Positions 63,401 to 64,000 of a stretch of DNA of 64,000 bases are shown one piece after another. Each line of letters begins with the position of its first letter. Within the stretch, counting starts at the first letter, position 1. This DNA comes from Catajapyx aquilonaris (Eukaryota). The stretch spans positions 1 through 64,000 of the forward strand of contig JYFJ02000887.1 in assembly GCA_000934665.2 (NCBI GenBank), given 5' to 3'. The translations under genes and the position numbers were made by a program. The notes under the pieces are model-generated. The model ran no database searches. It was not told the origin of the DNA and saw only the letters and a program-made list of their open reading frames with translations.

Positions 63401-64000
63401 CTCTATCGATTTGTGGACTTTGCGGCATTGGATTGGGGCACTTCGCAAGGGGGTGGTGGTTGCTGGATAAGGTCATCGAAACTACCCCTCAAGGTTACCA
63501 AAGCGCAGGACTCATGGATTTCCAACAGATGGAAACCCTCAATGTATGTCCTGGCTCAAAAGCTAGTAGCAGAGAGGTGTTGCCGAGGTATGCTGGAAGG
63601 TTTTGGCGATAAGAGAGGCGGTACACGGGGTGACGTAATTGTGCATGCGGACCTTGAACAAGCCAAGGGAAAGCAACAGGCATGCACAGCACTCCCACAG
63701 TACAGACAACCTCAAAACCGCTCGCAACTGCCTTCTTTGCGGCCCTCTCTGTATTGCAGCTCCAAACACCCCCCAATTAATTGTCATTGCCGGGTTTACA
63801 ACACTAATTGGCTCCATTCGTTGCACTCGGGACTCATTTTTCTTTCATTTTCTCTGACAGCCCTTCATCCTATGGTTTTGGTTCCACTCCACGATCATTA
63901 CGATGCTACAAAAGTACGCCTTCTGCTGCTCTCTGATACTAAGTTGTAACATATTGCGCCCGACATACAAAGTCCACTGAGGCTGCACCAGAGCAATAAC

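Noticed and set aside
39818..64000. ORFs of 100-211 aa (e.g. 49258-49893, 54507-55103) and a search for the first taiman coding exon
   Set aside because: No recognisable domains or coherent exon chains. No phase-2 exon resembling a taiman N-terminus was found by eye.

Overview
Eukaryotic (arthropod, probably insect/hexapod) genomic DNA with two convergent multi-exon genes. On +, a complete ATP-dependent 6-phosphofructokinase gene (Pfk, CDS 3001-14838, 785 aa in the default form). On -, the bHLH-PAS p160 nuclear-receptor coactivator taiman/NCoA (16 coding exons traced, 39817 down to 20769). Its first coding exon was not found, and 39.8-64 kb looks like a long regulatory intron. The standout is a splicing system in Pfk. 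Three homologous 109-nt mutually exclusive exons (8273-8381, 8581-8689, 9398-9506) all end in a non-canonical GC donor. Two intronic 'selector' segments can each pair, with many G-U pairs, to the same 'docking' segment just after the last alternative exon. Pfk also carries a candidate poison exon and two in-frame microexons (12 and 21 nt) in the inter-half linker that together would create a V-S-R-Q-D-T-L kinase motif. Introns and the intergenic gap hold nested DNA transposons/MITEs (hAT, Tc1/mariner-pogo, Kolobok-like, Helitron-like) and tRNA-derived SINEs. The upstream taiman region is CpG-rich, holds seven perfect CRE palindromes and has a candidate recursive splice site. All exon, pairing and family calls were made by eye, without database searches or folding software.
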